64,000 bases of DNA, from NCBI GenBank assembly GCA_903835265.1, contig CAILMG010000176.1, positions 19,283-83,282 on the forward strand, in the 5' to 3' direction. Below are positions 10,176-19,189 of the stretch, piece by piece. The first letter of the stretch is position 1. Each line of letters starts with the position of its first letter. The DNA is from an uncultured Methylococcus sp. (GTDB lineage Bacteria > Pseudomonadota > Gammaproteobacteria > Methylococcales > Methylococcaceae). Made by a program: the position numbers and the translations under genes. The notes beneath the pieces are model-generated. The model was not told where the DNA came from. It saw only the letters and a program-made list of their open reading frames with translations, and did no database searches.

Positions 10176-11215
10176 GGGTTAGATCTCCCTGGGTTTTTCA
10201 TGGGGGGTTCGGGGCTCGGGTCTTCCCACTCGAGCTCGGCGAAGCCTGAAGCGATGTTGCGTCGGTGAAAGTCGTCAAAAAGCTGCCAGTCGGCCCGGTG
10301 CTCCTGGCCGATCTCATTCATTGCCTGTTCGATAGTCTTATTGGCCTTCTGGGCGGCTCTGATGTCATGAGCCAAGCTTTCAAGATAGCGCTTTTCACCG
10401 GCCAAGGCCAAAGGCCAGAGGGCCGTGATGGGGCCGTGTCCCGGGATCACTCTTTTGGCCGTGATCGAGGGCAGTTGATCAATGGTCTTCAGCCAGCCAA
10501 GAAGGCTGCCGTCAATGACCGGTACATGGCCCATGAAGAGCAGATCCCCAAGCCAAAGCGTTTCTGATGCAGTATCAAAGATGCTGAGGTCGTTATCGGT
10601 ATGAGCCTTGGGGTGAGCAATAAGATGCAGCGTCCTTCCGCCAAGATCAAGGTCTAGGGTGTCACGAACCTCAAGATCCGGGGGGACGAAGTCTTCAGCG
10701 TTGAGGGTTAATCCCAGTTGATCCTTGGCCTGAACCAGGTAATAGGGGGCTCTCATGGCCATGGCGGCGGCCAGTCGATAGTGGCCTACAAATTCAACGC
10801 CCGGGGATTTGAAGGCCCGATTTCCATAGATATGGTCTGGATGGACATGGGTGTTGATCACATAGCAGATCGGAACCTCGGTCGTGGTCGTTATCGCCGC
10901 TTTGAGGCGCTGCCCCTGTTCTTGACTGCCGCCGGTATCGATGACGGCGACACAGTGGTTGCCGACGACGAAGCCGATGTTGGCTATCTCTCCATGATTT
11001 TGAGGGTTCGGCAGGAGGTGGCTGCCCTGATGGACATAAACGCCATTGGCGACCTCCTTGATGGCGAGTGGTTCGGCGATTGGATGGGATGAAAATCCCA
11101 GGTTACCGAGGCCTCCGATGAGGAGTGATAGGGCCTTCAAATGGTTGCAAAAAGGTTTGGCGAGAGACGGCATCGGTGAGGGTGTGGGGGGTTCTTTAGG
11201 GGCTAGATCACGCAT
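10172..11215 (-). CDS. MBL-fold zinc metallohydrolase (quinoprotein relay system type)
   Basis: 347 aa. The HxHxDH motif is present (THVHPDHIYGN), with downstream His/Asp ligands. It is divergent from xoxF and co-oriented and overlapping with the SoxYZ-like gene. The start is uncertain (alternative Met at 11173). Confidence 0.75.
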   Translation of the reverse strand: MRDLAPKEPPTPSPMPSLAKPFCNHLKALSLLIGGLGNLGFSSHPIAEPLAIKEVANGVYVHQGSHLLPNPQNHGEIANIGFVVGNHCVAVIDTGGSQEQGQRLKAAITTTTEVPICYVINTHVHPDHIYGNRAFKSPGVEFVGHYRLAAAMAMRAPYYLVQAKDQLGLTLNAEDFVPPDLEVRDTLDLDLGGRTLHLIAHPKAHTDNDLSIFDTASETLWLGDLLFMGHVPVIDGSLLGWLKTIDQLPSITAKRVIPGHGPITALWPLALAGEKRYLESLAHDIRAAQKANKTIEQAMNEIGQEHRADWQLFDDFHRRNIASGFAELEWEDPSPEPPMKNPGRSNP

Positions 11216-11389
11216 TTTCTGTCCCCAAAGCGATTAAAGCAATCCGGAAAGGACCTTGAATGGGTCGTGAGAGAAAGAACTCGAGGCGATCGATGGCAAA
11301 TGGGCTTTCGCAATAAAGGTGATTGTTCGCGCTGTGGCCGTTGACTTTTGCCCTGAAATCCTTCAAGTTACGCACCCAGACGGTCGCCT

Positions 11390-11403
11390 CGGGATTTATC
11401 CCG
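11390..11403. repeat. Inverted repeat CGGGAT-TT-ATCCCG in the divergent MBL/xoxF intergenic region. Function unknown.
   Basis: Read directly. The 6-bp arms are perfect complements, and GTTTTTAT follows. Confidence 0.5.
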
Positions 11404-11464
11404 GTTTTTATAAAGATTTTGACTGCTGAAAAACCGCGGCACGTTAAGCTTAGGTGTAAATAAG

Positions 11465-11476
11465 CGTTTGCAAACG
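11465..11476. repeat. Perfect 12-bp palindrome CGTTTGCAAACG, 30 bp upstream of the xoxF ATG. Candidate operator.
   Basis: Read directly. The sequence is self-complementary over all 12 positions. Confidence 0.5.
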
Positions 11477-11506
11477 TATTTTGCCTTATATTGAGGAGGA
11501 TAAACG

Positions 11507-13369
11507 ATGAAGAACTCTTTGAAGAGTTTGCTGCTTTCGACGACCGTAGCGTCCGCCATGCTGGCGCCGGCGATGGTTTCTGCTAATGCCGAGGTCGAAA
11601 AGCTGTCTCATGATCCAGCCAACTGGGCGACCTGGGGTGGGGATTATTTTGGTAGCCGTTTCAGCACGCTGACTCAGATCAACAAGGACAATGCCAAGAA
11701 CATCCAGCCGATCTGGACCTTCTCAACCGGCGCTCTGCGCGGTCATGAGGGTGGTCCCTTGGTCGTCAATGGACTGATCTACATCCATACCGGTTTCCCG
11801 CATAAGATTTATGCGCTGAGCCAGGACACGCACAGTGTTGTTTGGGAATATGATTACGCGCCTGACAAGGGCACGGATCCAACTCAGGTCATTGGTGTGA
11901 TGTGTTGTGACGTCGTTAACCGTGGTCTTGGCTACGGTGACGGCAAGGTCTTCCTGGCCCAGGGCGATGCCACGTTGATCGCACTCGATGCGAAGACCGG
12001 CAAGCTCGTATGGAAAGTCAAGAATGGCGATCCAAAGGCGGGTATGACCAACACCAGCGCACCAGTCATTGTCAAAGACAAGGTCATGATCGGTATTTCA
12101 GGTGGTGAGTTCGGTGTTCGTGGCTTCATGGCCGCTTACAACGTCAAGGACGGTAGCCTCGCTTGGAAGGCCTACAGCTTGGGTCCTGATGCCGACATGA
12201 AGATCGATCCAGAGAAGACCATGACCTGGACTGACGGCAAGATGGCCGCGGTAGGCAAGGACTCATCGCTGAAGAGCTGGCAGGGTGACCAGTGGAAGAT
12301 CGGTGGTGGCACCACATGGGGCTGGACCAGCTACGACAAGGATGCCAATCTGATTTACTACGGTTCAGGCAATCCTTCGACCTGGAACCCTGTCCAGCGT
12401 CCTGGCGACAACAAGTGGTCGATGACCATCTGGGCTCGTGATGCCGATACCGGTGCGGCCAAGTGGGTTTATCAGATGACCCCGCATGACGAATGGGATT
12501 ATGACGGTATCAACGAAATGACGTTGATTGATGTTCCCATGAAGGATAAGGATGGCAAAGACCACTCTAAGCTTCTGACTCACTTCGATCGTAATGGATT
12601 CGGCTACACCCTCGACCGTCTGACCGGCGAGCTGTTGGTCGCTGAAAAGTTCGACAAGATGGTCAATTGGGCCACGCATGTTGATCCCAAGAGCGGTCGT
12701 CCGCAGGTCGTCAGTCAGTACTCCACGCAATCGGGTGGTGAAGACCATAACCAGAAGGGCATTTGTCCTTCAGCCATGGGTGCTAAGAATGAGCCGCCGG
12801 TGACTTTCTCACCAAAGACGAAGCTCATCTACATCCCAGGTAACCACACCTGTATGGACTATGAGCCCTTCCAGGTTGAGTACACTGCAGGCCAGCCTTA
12901 CGTCGGTGCAACGCTGAATATTTATCCAGCGAAAACCAACGTCAAGACCGGTGACAAGGAAGAAAAGCTCCACATGGGTTCTTTCACCGCGTGGGATCCA
13001 ACCACCGGTAAGATCGCCTGGCAGATCGACGAGCCTTTCTCTCTTTGGAGCGGCATGCTCTCGACCGCGAGTGATTTGGTGGTCTACGGAACGCTCGAGG
13101 GCTACCTCAAGGTGCGTGATGCCAACACCGGTGCTGAACTCTATAAGTTCAAGACCCCGTCTGGGATCATCGGTAACGTGAGCACTTGGATGTACAACGG
13201 CAAGCAGTACATCGGTATCCTCTCGGGTATCGGTGGCTGGGCAGGCGTTGGTATGGCGGCTGGCCTTGAAGGCGACAGCGAAGGTTTGGGTGCGGTAGGG
13301 GCTTACAAGAGCCTCGGCGCACACACCAAGCTGGGTGGTGTCTTCACGGTGTTTGCTGTGCCTAACTAA
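11507..13369 (+). CDS. xoxF: PQQ-dependent methanol/ethanol dehydrogenase, XoxF (lanthanide-dependent) type
   Basis: 620 aa with signal peptide ...MVSANA. The vicinal Cys pair VMCCD lies at 11903-11908. The 8-bladed quinoprotein W-motif layout is present. The active site reads HDEWDYDG, with Asp-Tyr-Asp at 12497-12505. DRNG is present. The SD GAGGAGG lies upstream. Confidence 0.9.
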   Translation: MKNSLKSLLLSTTVASAMLAPAMVSANAEVEKLSHDPANWATWGGDYFGSRFSTLTQINKDNAKNIQPIWTFSTGALRGHEGGPLVVNGLIYIHTGFPHKIYALSQDTHSVVWEYDYAPDKGTDPTQVIGVMCCDVVNRGLGYGDGKVFLAQGDATLIALDAKTGKLVWKVKNGDPKAGMTNTSAPVIVKDKVMIGISGGEFGVRGFMAAYNVKDGSLAWKAYSLGPDADMKIDPEKTMTWTDGKMAAVGKDSSLKSWQGDQWKIGGGTTWGWTSYDKDANLIYYGSGNPSTWNPVQRPGDNKWSMTIWARDADTGAAKWVYQMTPHDEWDYDGINEMTLIDVPMKDKDGKDHSKLLTHFDRNGFGYTLDRLTGELLVAEKFDKMVNWATHVDPKSGRPQVVSQYSTQSGGEDHNQKGICPSAMGAKNEPPVTFSPKTKLIYIPGNHTCMDYEPFQVEYTAGQPYVGATLNIYPAKTNVKTGDKEEKLHMGSFTAWDPTTGKIAWQIDEPFSLWSGMLSTASDLVVYGTLEGYLKVRDANTGAELYKFKTPSGIIGNVSTWMYNGKQYIGILSGIGGWAGVGMAAGLEGDSEGLGAVGAYKSLGAHTKLGGVFTVFAVPN

Positions 13370-13377
13370 GGGGAGAC

Positions 13378-13400
13378 AGCGGGTTTCCTAGAAACCCGCT
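13378..13400 (+). repeat. Stem-loop 1 after xoxF (10-bp perfect stem AGCGGGTTTC/GAAACCCGCT)
   Basis: Read directly, starting 9 nt after the xoxF stop. No U-tract follows. Confidence 0.6.
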
Positions 13401-13417
13401 CCATCACTCTTAAAAAA

Positions 13418-13449
13418 CCCTGGCGGCTTAGGCGGCCAGGGTTTTTTTT
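13418..13449 (+). terminator. Rho-independent terminator after xoxF
   Basis: CCCTGGC..GCCAGGG stem, extended by two further pairs, followed by T8. An A6 run precedes it. Confidence 0.75.
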
Positions 13450-13450
13450 G

Positions 13451-13491
13451 GCTATTGGTTTTTCTTTCGCGCCCTCGAAGGAACCAATAGC
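13451..13491 (+). repeat. Stem-loop 3 (GCTATTGGTT ... AACCAATAGC, 10-bp perfect stem, 21-nt loop) upstream of xoxJ
   Basis: Read directly. Confidence 0.5.
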
Positions 13492-13549
13492 GTGAGGTGG
13501 GTCTCCAAAAGGGGCGTCGGGATTTTGATGGGTTTTTACTGAATGAACG

Positions 13550-14404
13550 ATGGGGATAATGATGCAAATCTTACGATGTGCGCTGATGGTCGGATGTTTA
13601 TCAATGATGGCAGGGCTGGCCTCTGCGGATGAAGGTGTGTTCAAAGTTTGTGCGGACCCCAACAATCCCCCACTTTCCCTTGAAAACGGCAAGGGTTACG
13701 AAAACAAAATCGCCCATCTTTTCGCCGATACGCTAGGGCAGAAGCTCGAATACACCTGGTTTCCTCAGCGTCTTGGTTTTATTCGAAATACGCTTAAAGC
13801 AAAAATTCCCGATACGGAGACCTATCAGTGTGATGTGGTGATGGGGGTTCCCGATGGCTTTGAAATAGCCGCTACAACGCGTCCATATTATCGTTCCACC
13901 TATGTTCTCGTCCTCTTGAAGGGGGGCGCATTGGATGCTGTAAAGGCCCCTAATGATCTTGATCGGCTGCCGGAGGAGGTTCGTAGCAAGCTTCGGATTG
14001 CTATGTTCGATGGGGCCCCCGGGACCACCTGGCTCTTAAATCATGGACTGATTACCCAAGGTATTCCCTATCAGACGATGACGGGTGATACCAGCGAAAA
14101 TACGGCACAGGTTCTTCTTCGGGACTTTACCGAGAAGAAATTGGATATGGTGATTATTTGGGGGCCCATGGCCGCCTACCTCGCCAAGGAAAAGCCTGGG
14201 ATGTTCGAATTGATTCCCATGGTCACAGAGCCTGGCCTTCGCTTTGATTTTGCGATGTCTATGGGGGTCCGGATACCCGATAAGGAGCGGAAGAAGCTCC
14301 TTGATGATCTGATTGAGAAGAAGGGCTCAGAGATCGAGGCGATTTTGAAAGACTATGGTGTCCCTTTACTCCCTATCGGAAGTGTCGCGCCAAAGCCTCA
14401 TTGA
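13550..14404 (+). CDS. xoxJ: XoxJ/MoxJ-like periplasmic substrate-binding protein associated with quinoprotein dehydrogenases
   Basis: 284 aa with a signal peptide. VCADPNNPPLS...YENKIA is typical of MxaJ/XoxJ-type family-3 SBPs. It lies immediately downstream of xoxF. The start may be ATG 13562. Confidence 0.8.
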   Translation: MGIMMQILRCALMVGCLSMMAGLASADEGVFKVCADPNNPPLSLENGKGYENKIAHLFADTLGQKLEYTWFPQRLGFIRNTLKAKIPDTETYQCDVVMGVPDGFEIAATTRPYYRSTYVLVLLKGGALDAVKAPNDLDRLPEEVRSKLRIAMFDGAPGTTWLLNHGLITQGIPYQTMTGDTSENTAQVLLRDFTEKKLDMVIIWGPMAAYLAKEKPGMFELIPMVTEPGLRFDFAMSMGVRIPDKERKKLLDDLIEKKGSEIEAILKDYGVPLLPIGSVAPKPH

Positions 14405-14423
14405 TCTTTTTATAAAAGAAGTC

Positions 14424-14452
14424 ATCGACCGCGCCTCCATGGCACGGTCGAT
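14424..14452. terminator. Hairpin between convergent xoxJ and lysS. Possible bidirectional terminator.
   Basis: ATCGACCG-13 nt-CGGTCGAT. The flank on the lysS side is T-rich (CTTCTTTTAT on the minus strand). Confidence 0.4.
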
Positions 14453-14458
14453 CGGTCT

Positions 14459-15952
14459 TTAAGCTTCACGCCGCATGTGCGGAAACAGGATGACATCTCG
14501 GATGGAGGGTGCATCGGTGAAGAGCATCACCAGTCGGTCAATGCCGATGCCTTCCCCCGCTGTGGGTGGCATACCGTGCTCCAGTGCCCGAATATAATCG
14601 CTGTCGTAATGCATGGCTTCCTCATCGCCTTGATCTTTGTCTAGCACCTGTTGGCGAAAACGATCGGCTTGATCTTCAGGATCGTTGAGCTCTGAGAATC
14701 CATTAGCCAATTCTCGGCCGGCAATAAAGAACTCAAAGCGATCGGTAATGAAGGGGTTGTCATCATTTCGTCTTGCCAAAGGGGATACCTCGGCAGGATA
14801 AGCGGTGATGAAGGTCGGTTCGATCAGTTTGTCCTCGACCGTCTTCTCAAAGATTTCCGTTTGAATTTTTCCAAGGCCATCACCAGGCGCCACCTTGATT
14901 CCGAGTCGACGGGCGATGTCCGAGGCGCTGTCGCGCTCAGCGAGCTGATCGGCGGTCATCTCCGGGTTGTAATGCATAATCGATTCAAGAACGGTCATTC
15001 GCCTGAAGGGTTGTCCAAGATCAAAGTCGTTGCCCTGATAGTGGATCTGGGTCGTTCCGATTAATGTTTCAGCGAGACTTCGCATCAATGCTTCGGTCAG
15101 GTCCATCAGGTCACGATAATCGGCGTAGGCCTGATAGAACTCGATCATCGTAAATTCGGGGTTGTGGCGGGTTGACAGGCCCTCGTTCCTAAAGCTTCGA
15201 TTGATCTCGAAGACCCGCTCAAATCCGCCGACGACCAGGCGCTTCAGATAGAGTTCTGGCGCAATCCGAAGGTAGAGATCCATGTCCAACGCATTATGAT
15301 GCGTGATGAAAGGCTTCGCGCGAGCGCCCCCCGGGATCACCTGCATCATCGGTGTTTCGACTTCGAGAAAATCGCGCAGAGTCAGGAATTCACGGATGTG
15401 GCGTACGATTGCACTTCGAAGCAGAAAGACGCGACGAGAATCCTGGTTCATGATCAGATCCAGATAGCGTTGCCGATAGCAGGTTTCAGCATCGGTCAGA
15501 CCGTGAAACTTTTCAGGAAGAGGCCTTAGCGATTTAGTTAACAGGCGAAGGCTGCTGGCTTTGACCGAGAGCTCACCGGTTTTGGTCATAAAGAGGGTGC
15601 CATCAACGCCAATAATGTCCCCAAGATCATAGCCCTTGAAGGCGTCATAGATCCCTTCGGGTAAATGGTCTCGTTGCAGGAAGAGCTGGATCTGTCCTGA
15701 CATATCCTGCAGGTGGGCAAAGGCGGCTTTTCCCATCACGCGACGTGTCATCAAGCGTCCGGCGAGTGAGACCTTGATGGTCTTGGCTTCGAGCGTCTCG
15801 GCCTCAATCCCTTGAAATTCAGACAGTAAAGGTTCCGCCAGATGATGTCGACGGAAGTCATTAGGAAAGGCAGGCACGCCCTCCTGCCTCAGGGCGTTCA
15901 GTTTTTCTCGGCGCTGGGCAATCAGCTTATTTTCGTCTTGCTGGTCATTCAT
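14459..15952 (-). CDS. lysS: Lysine--tRNA ligase (class II)
   Basis: 497 aa. The N-terminus (...[22 protein letters not shown]...) and class II motifs are close to E. coli LysS. It lies directly downstream of prfB, as in E. coli. Confidence 0.95.
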   Translation of the reverse strand: MNDQQDENKLIAQRREKLNALRQEGVPAFPNDFRRHHLAEPLLSEFQGIEAETLEAKTIKVSLAGRLMTRRVMGKAAFAHLQDMSGQIQLFLQRDHLPEGIYDAFKGYDLGDIIGVDGTLFMTKTGELSVKASSLRLLTKSLRPLPEKFHGLTDAETCYRQRYLDLIMNQDSRRVFLLRSAIVRHIREFLTLRDFLEVETPMMQVIPGGARAKPFITHHNALDMDLYLRIAPELYLKRLVVGGFERVFEINRSFRNEGLSTRHNPEFTMIEFYQAYADYRDLMDLTEALMRSLAETLIGTTQIHYQGNDFDLGQPFRRMTVLESIMHYNPEMTADQLAERDSASDIARRLGIKVAPGDGLGKIQTEIFEKTVEDKLIEPTFITAYPAEVSPLARRNDDNPFITDRFEFFIAGRELANGFSELNDPEDQADRFRQQVLDKDQGDEEAMHYDSDYIRALEHGMPPTAGEGIGIDRLVMLFTDAPSIRDVILFPHMRREA

Positions 15953-15955
15953 GAT

Positions 15956-17054
15956 TTATAAACCGCTCTTGAGGCTGGCTTCGATAAAGAGATCCAGATC
16001 GCCATCAAGGACGGGCTGCGGGTTGCTGGTCTCAACATTGGTTCTGAGATCCTTGATCCGCGATTGGTCAAGGACATAGGAGCGGATTTGACTGCCCCAG
16101 CCGATATCCGACTTGGAGTCTTCCAGCTTCTGTTTTTCGGTATTGCGTTTTTGAATCTCAAGCTCATAGAGTTTGGCGCGGAGCTGCTTCATACACCAGT
16201 CGCGATTAGCATGCTGCGAGCGCTGGCTTTGGCATTGAACCACGACCCCCGAGGGAAGGTGGGTGATGCGGACAGCCGATTCGGTTCGGTTGACGTGCTG
16301 CCCCCCGGCCCCGCTGGCACGGTAGACATCGGTCCTAAGGTCTGCAGGGTTGATATCGATGTCGATGTTGTCATCGACTTCGGGTGACACGAAAACCGAT
16401 GAAAAGGAGGTATGCCGCCGGTTACCGGAGTCAAATGGGGATTTCCTGACCAGTCGATGAACGCCAGTTTCTGTTCTGAGCCAGCCATAGGCGTATTCGC
16501 CTTCAAAACGAATGGTGGCGCTTTTAATGCCGGCGACATCGCCCGCGGATTCTTCAACGAGTTCTGTCTTGAACCCGCGGCGCTCCCCCCATCTAAGATA
16601 CATCCGTTCCAGCATGGCCGCCCAGTCTTGGGCTTCGGTCCCCCCGGATCCTGCTTGAACGTCGAGGAAGGCATTGCAGTGGTCCATCTCACCAGCAAAC
16701 ATCCGGCGAAATTCAAGTTCGGCGATAATTTTTTCAAAACCTTCAAGGTCGAGGGCGACGAGATCAACGCTGTCTTCGTCATCCTCTTCGACGGCCAATT
16801 CAAGGAGTTCTGCCGCCTCTTTCACGCCGCGATCAATCTTGATCAGGTTGTTGACCACCGATTCGAGTTGAGTTCGTTCCTTGCCGAGCGTTTGGGCGCG
16901 TTCAGGGTCATCCCAGATTTTAGGATCCTCCAGTTCCCGGAGGACTTCGGTCAGTCGTTCCTGTTTTTCCTCGAAGTCAAAGATACCCCCTAAGGGACTC
17001 TTGTCGGCCCTTGAGATCTTTGATCTGGTTATAGAGAGGGTTGAGTTCGCGCAT
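15956..17054 (-). CDS. prfB: Peptide chain release factor 2, expressed via a programmed +1 frameshift
   Basis: Frame 0 reads ATG(17054) [25 protein letters not shown] then TGA. The +1 frame continues [29 protein letters not shown]... into the 300-aa ORF, which carries SPF and GGQ ([11 protein letters not shown]). Confidence 0.95.
16976..16991 (-). promoter_or_regulatory. prfB +1 frameshift site: internal SD-like AGGGGG, then TAT CTT TGA C
   Basis: The reverse complement of 16976-16991 is AGGGGGTATCTTTGAC, which has the same architecture as the E. coli prfB recoding site. Confidence 0.9.
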
Positions 17055-17143
17055 GAGAGATCCTGCCCGGAAAACAGGCCATTATACCTCCGATGCCTGA
17101 CCCCTGTCCTCTAAGCGTTCTTTAAGGAGGCCCGGATGACGCT

Positions 17144-17464
17144 CTAAGGCTTGGGTGTCGTTTGGACTTCAATCTGGCCATCAAGGATCCGAACCTGATA
17201 GGCCGCGACGTCGGTATAGGCTGGAGCGCAAAGTGCTTTGCCGGTTTCAAGGCAAAATCTCGCGCCGTGGCGGGGGCAAATGATGGTTCCGGCTTCGATG
17301 TGGCCGCTCGCAATTTCGGCGCCGTCATGAGAGCAGACATCTTCAATGGCGAACAGTTTGCCATCCGTCTTAAAAAGGGCGACCTCGACGCCATCCACCT
17401 CGAGGGTCATATGTTCCCCTTCAGCGAGGAGTGATTCCGGGCCGACCACCATCCAATCAGACAT
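17144..17464 (-). CDS. Rieske [2Fe-2S] ferredoxin-like protein, last gene of the suf operon
   Basis: 106 aa. The motifs are CSH...(17)...CPRH. Confidence 0.8.
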   Translation of the reverse strand: MSDWMVVGPESLLAEGEHMTLEVDGVEVALFKTDGKLFAIEDVCSHDGAEIASGHIEAGTIICPRHGARFCLETGKALCAPAYTDVAAYQVRILDGQIEVQTTPKP

Positions 17465-17484
17465 AACTCAAGGCCTCAAAAAGC

Positions 17485-17940
17485 TTATTCGGTGCTAATG
17501 GAATGACCCTCATTCTTGAGGGCAGCCTGCAGGGAATGCCAGGCGAGTGTGGCGCACTTGACGCGGGCCGGATAGGCTCTGACGCCCGAAAGAACGGCCA
17601 ATTTGCCGATCTCTTCGAGATTGATGTCATCCCCGTTCTTTCCCGTCGTCATTCGGTGGAAGGTTTCGAAGAGCTTTTCTGCTTCGGCCTCGGTTTGGCC
17701 TTTCACTATTTCGGTCATTAACGACGCGGATGCGGTCGAAATGGCGCAGCCGGCTCCTTGAAAGCTGACGTCTTCGATGATGCCATGAATCACTTTCGCG
17801 TAGAGGGTGATGCGATCCCCACAGAGCGGATTGAAGCCTTCGATGGTTCGATTGGCATCGGCCATCACCCTAAAATTACGAGGGTTTCGGTTATGGTCGA
17901 AGACCACTTCCTGATAGAGGTCTCTAATCTGGTCCAGCAT
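17485..17940 (-). CDS. sufU: SufU-type (NifU/IscU-like) sulfur acceptor/scaffold
   Basis: 151 aa. NPLCGD, GAGCAIS and ARVKCATLAW are present, with no His before the third Cys and an insertion between Cys2 and Cys3. It is collinear with B. subtilis SufU. Confidence 0.85.
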   Translation of the reverse strand: MLDQIRDLYQEVVFDHNRNPRNFRVMADANRTIEGFNPLCGDRITLYAKVIHGIIEDVSFQGAGCAISTASASLMTEIVKGQTEAEAEKLFETFHRMTTGKNGDDINLEEIGKLAVLSGVRAYPARVKCATLAWHSLQAALKNEGHSISTE

Positions 17941-17953
17941 GTGATGACTTGGT

Positions 17954-19189
17954 TTATTTGAAGAGTTTGATGACCTGACGGATGCCGTCCATCAGGGTGT
18001 CGACTTCGTCGAAGGTATTGTACAGGGCGAAGGACGCCCGCGCGGTGGCGGGAAGACCGAAGAAGTCCATGACCGGCATCGCGCAGTGATGGCCAGCCCG
18101 AATGGCGATACCGAGTTGATCTAGAAGGGTTCCGATGTCATGGGGGTGGATGCCATCGAGTGTGAACGACAAAATGGCCCCCTTTTGAGGTGCACGGCCG
18201 ATGATGCGAAGTCCCTCGATTTCAAGCGCCTTTGAGGTGGCATAGGCGAGGAGTTGTTCTTCATAATCGGCAATGGCGGTCATCCCAATCGCCTCGACGA
18301 AATCAATGGCCGTGCCAAGCGCAATGGTATCGGCAATATTGGGTGTTCCTGCCTCGAATTTGTAGGGGAGCTCGTTGAATTCGGTTTCTTCGAAGGTCAC
18401 TCGACGAATCATGTCGCCGCCACCCTGGTAGGGCGGCATGGCTTGAAGGAGGCTTTCCTTGCCGTAAAGAACCCCAATCCCTGATGGCCCATAGAGTTTA
18501 TGGCCCGAAAAAGCAAAGAAATCACAATCAAGATCCGTCACATCGATGGGCAGATGGGGCGCTGATTGGGCCCCATCGACCATGACCGGGATGCTGCGCG
18601 CATGCGCAAGGCGGATGATGTCCTTGATAGGGTTAATGGTGCCAAGAGCATTCGACATCTGGGTGATGGAGACGAGACGGGTCTTTTCTGAGAGGAGTGC
18701 CTCAAAGTCTTCCATGAGTAATGTGCCTTCGCGGCAGATGGGGGCGACTTTCAGGATGACACCGGTCTCCTTCGCCAGCATCTGCCAAGGGACGATGTTG
18801 GAATGATGCTCCATCGCAGAGATCAGGATTTCATCACCCGCTTTAAGTTTTGAGCGGCCATAGGTTTGGGCGACCAGATTGATGGCCTCGGTGGTGCCGC
18901 GCACAAAAATCACTTCATGGGTGCTTCGTGCATTGATGAACCGTCTGACGGTCTCCCGCGCCTCCTCGAAAAGATCCGTAGACCGCTGACTGAGGGTATG
19001 AACGCCGCGATGGACGTTGGCATAATCCACGCGGTAGACCTCACTGATGCGATCAATCACGCAGAGGGGTTTTTGGGTCGAGGCCGCATTATCAAGATAG
19101 ACCAGCGGATGGCCGTTAATGCGTTCCGCGAGGATCGGGAACTGTTGGCGGATCGCGTCGAGATCCAGCGTTGTTTTTTGAGGATGCAT
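17954..19189 (-). CDS. sufS: Cysteine desulfurase SufS (group II)
   Basis: 411 aa. The PLP lysine context is FSGHKLYGPSG, and the active-site loop is RAGHHCA. Confidence 0.95.
   Translation of the reverse strand: MHPQKTTLDLDAIRQQFPILAERINGHPLVYLDNAASTQKPLCVIDRISEVYRVDYANVHRGVHTLSQRSTDLFEEARETVRRFINARSTHEVIFVRGTTEAINLVAQTYGRSKLKAGDEILISAMEHHSNIVPWQMLAKETGVILKVAPICREGTLLMEDFEALLSEKTRLVSITQMSNALGTINPIKDIIRLAHARSIPVMVDGAQSAPHLPIDVTDLDCDFFAFSGHKLYGPSGIGVLYGKESLLQAMPPYQGGGDMIRRVTFEETEFNELPYKFEAGTPNIADTIALGTAIDFVEAIGMTAIADYEEQLLAYATSKALEIEGLRIIGRAPQKGAILSFTLDGIHPHDIGTLLDQLGIAIRAGHHCAMPVMDFFGLPATARASFALYNTFDEVDTLMDGIRQVIKLFK

Noticed and set aside
11255-11315. Tiny 18-codon ORF (MGRERKNSRRSMANGLSQ) in the xoxF upstream region, as a leader peptide
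   Set aside because: There is no RBS, no codon pattern suggestive of attenuation and no way to assess conservation, so it is most likely chance.
11430-11450. Possible sigma54 promoter (cGGCACGttaaGCTTa) upstream of xoxF
   Set aside because: The GG and GC elements are separated by 8 nt rather than the 10 nt required by the TGGCAC-N5-TTGC architecture, and the flanking bases are poor.
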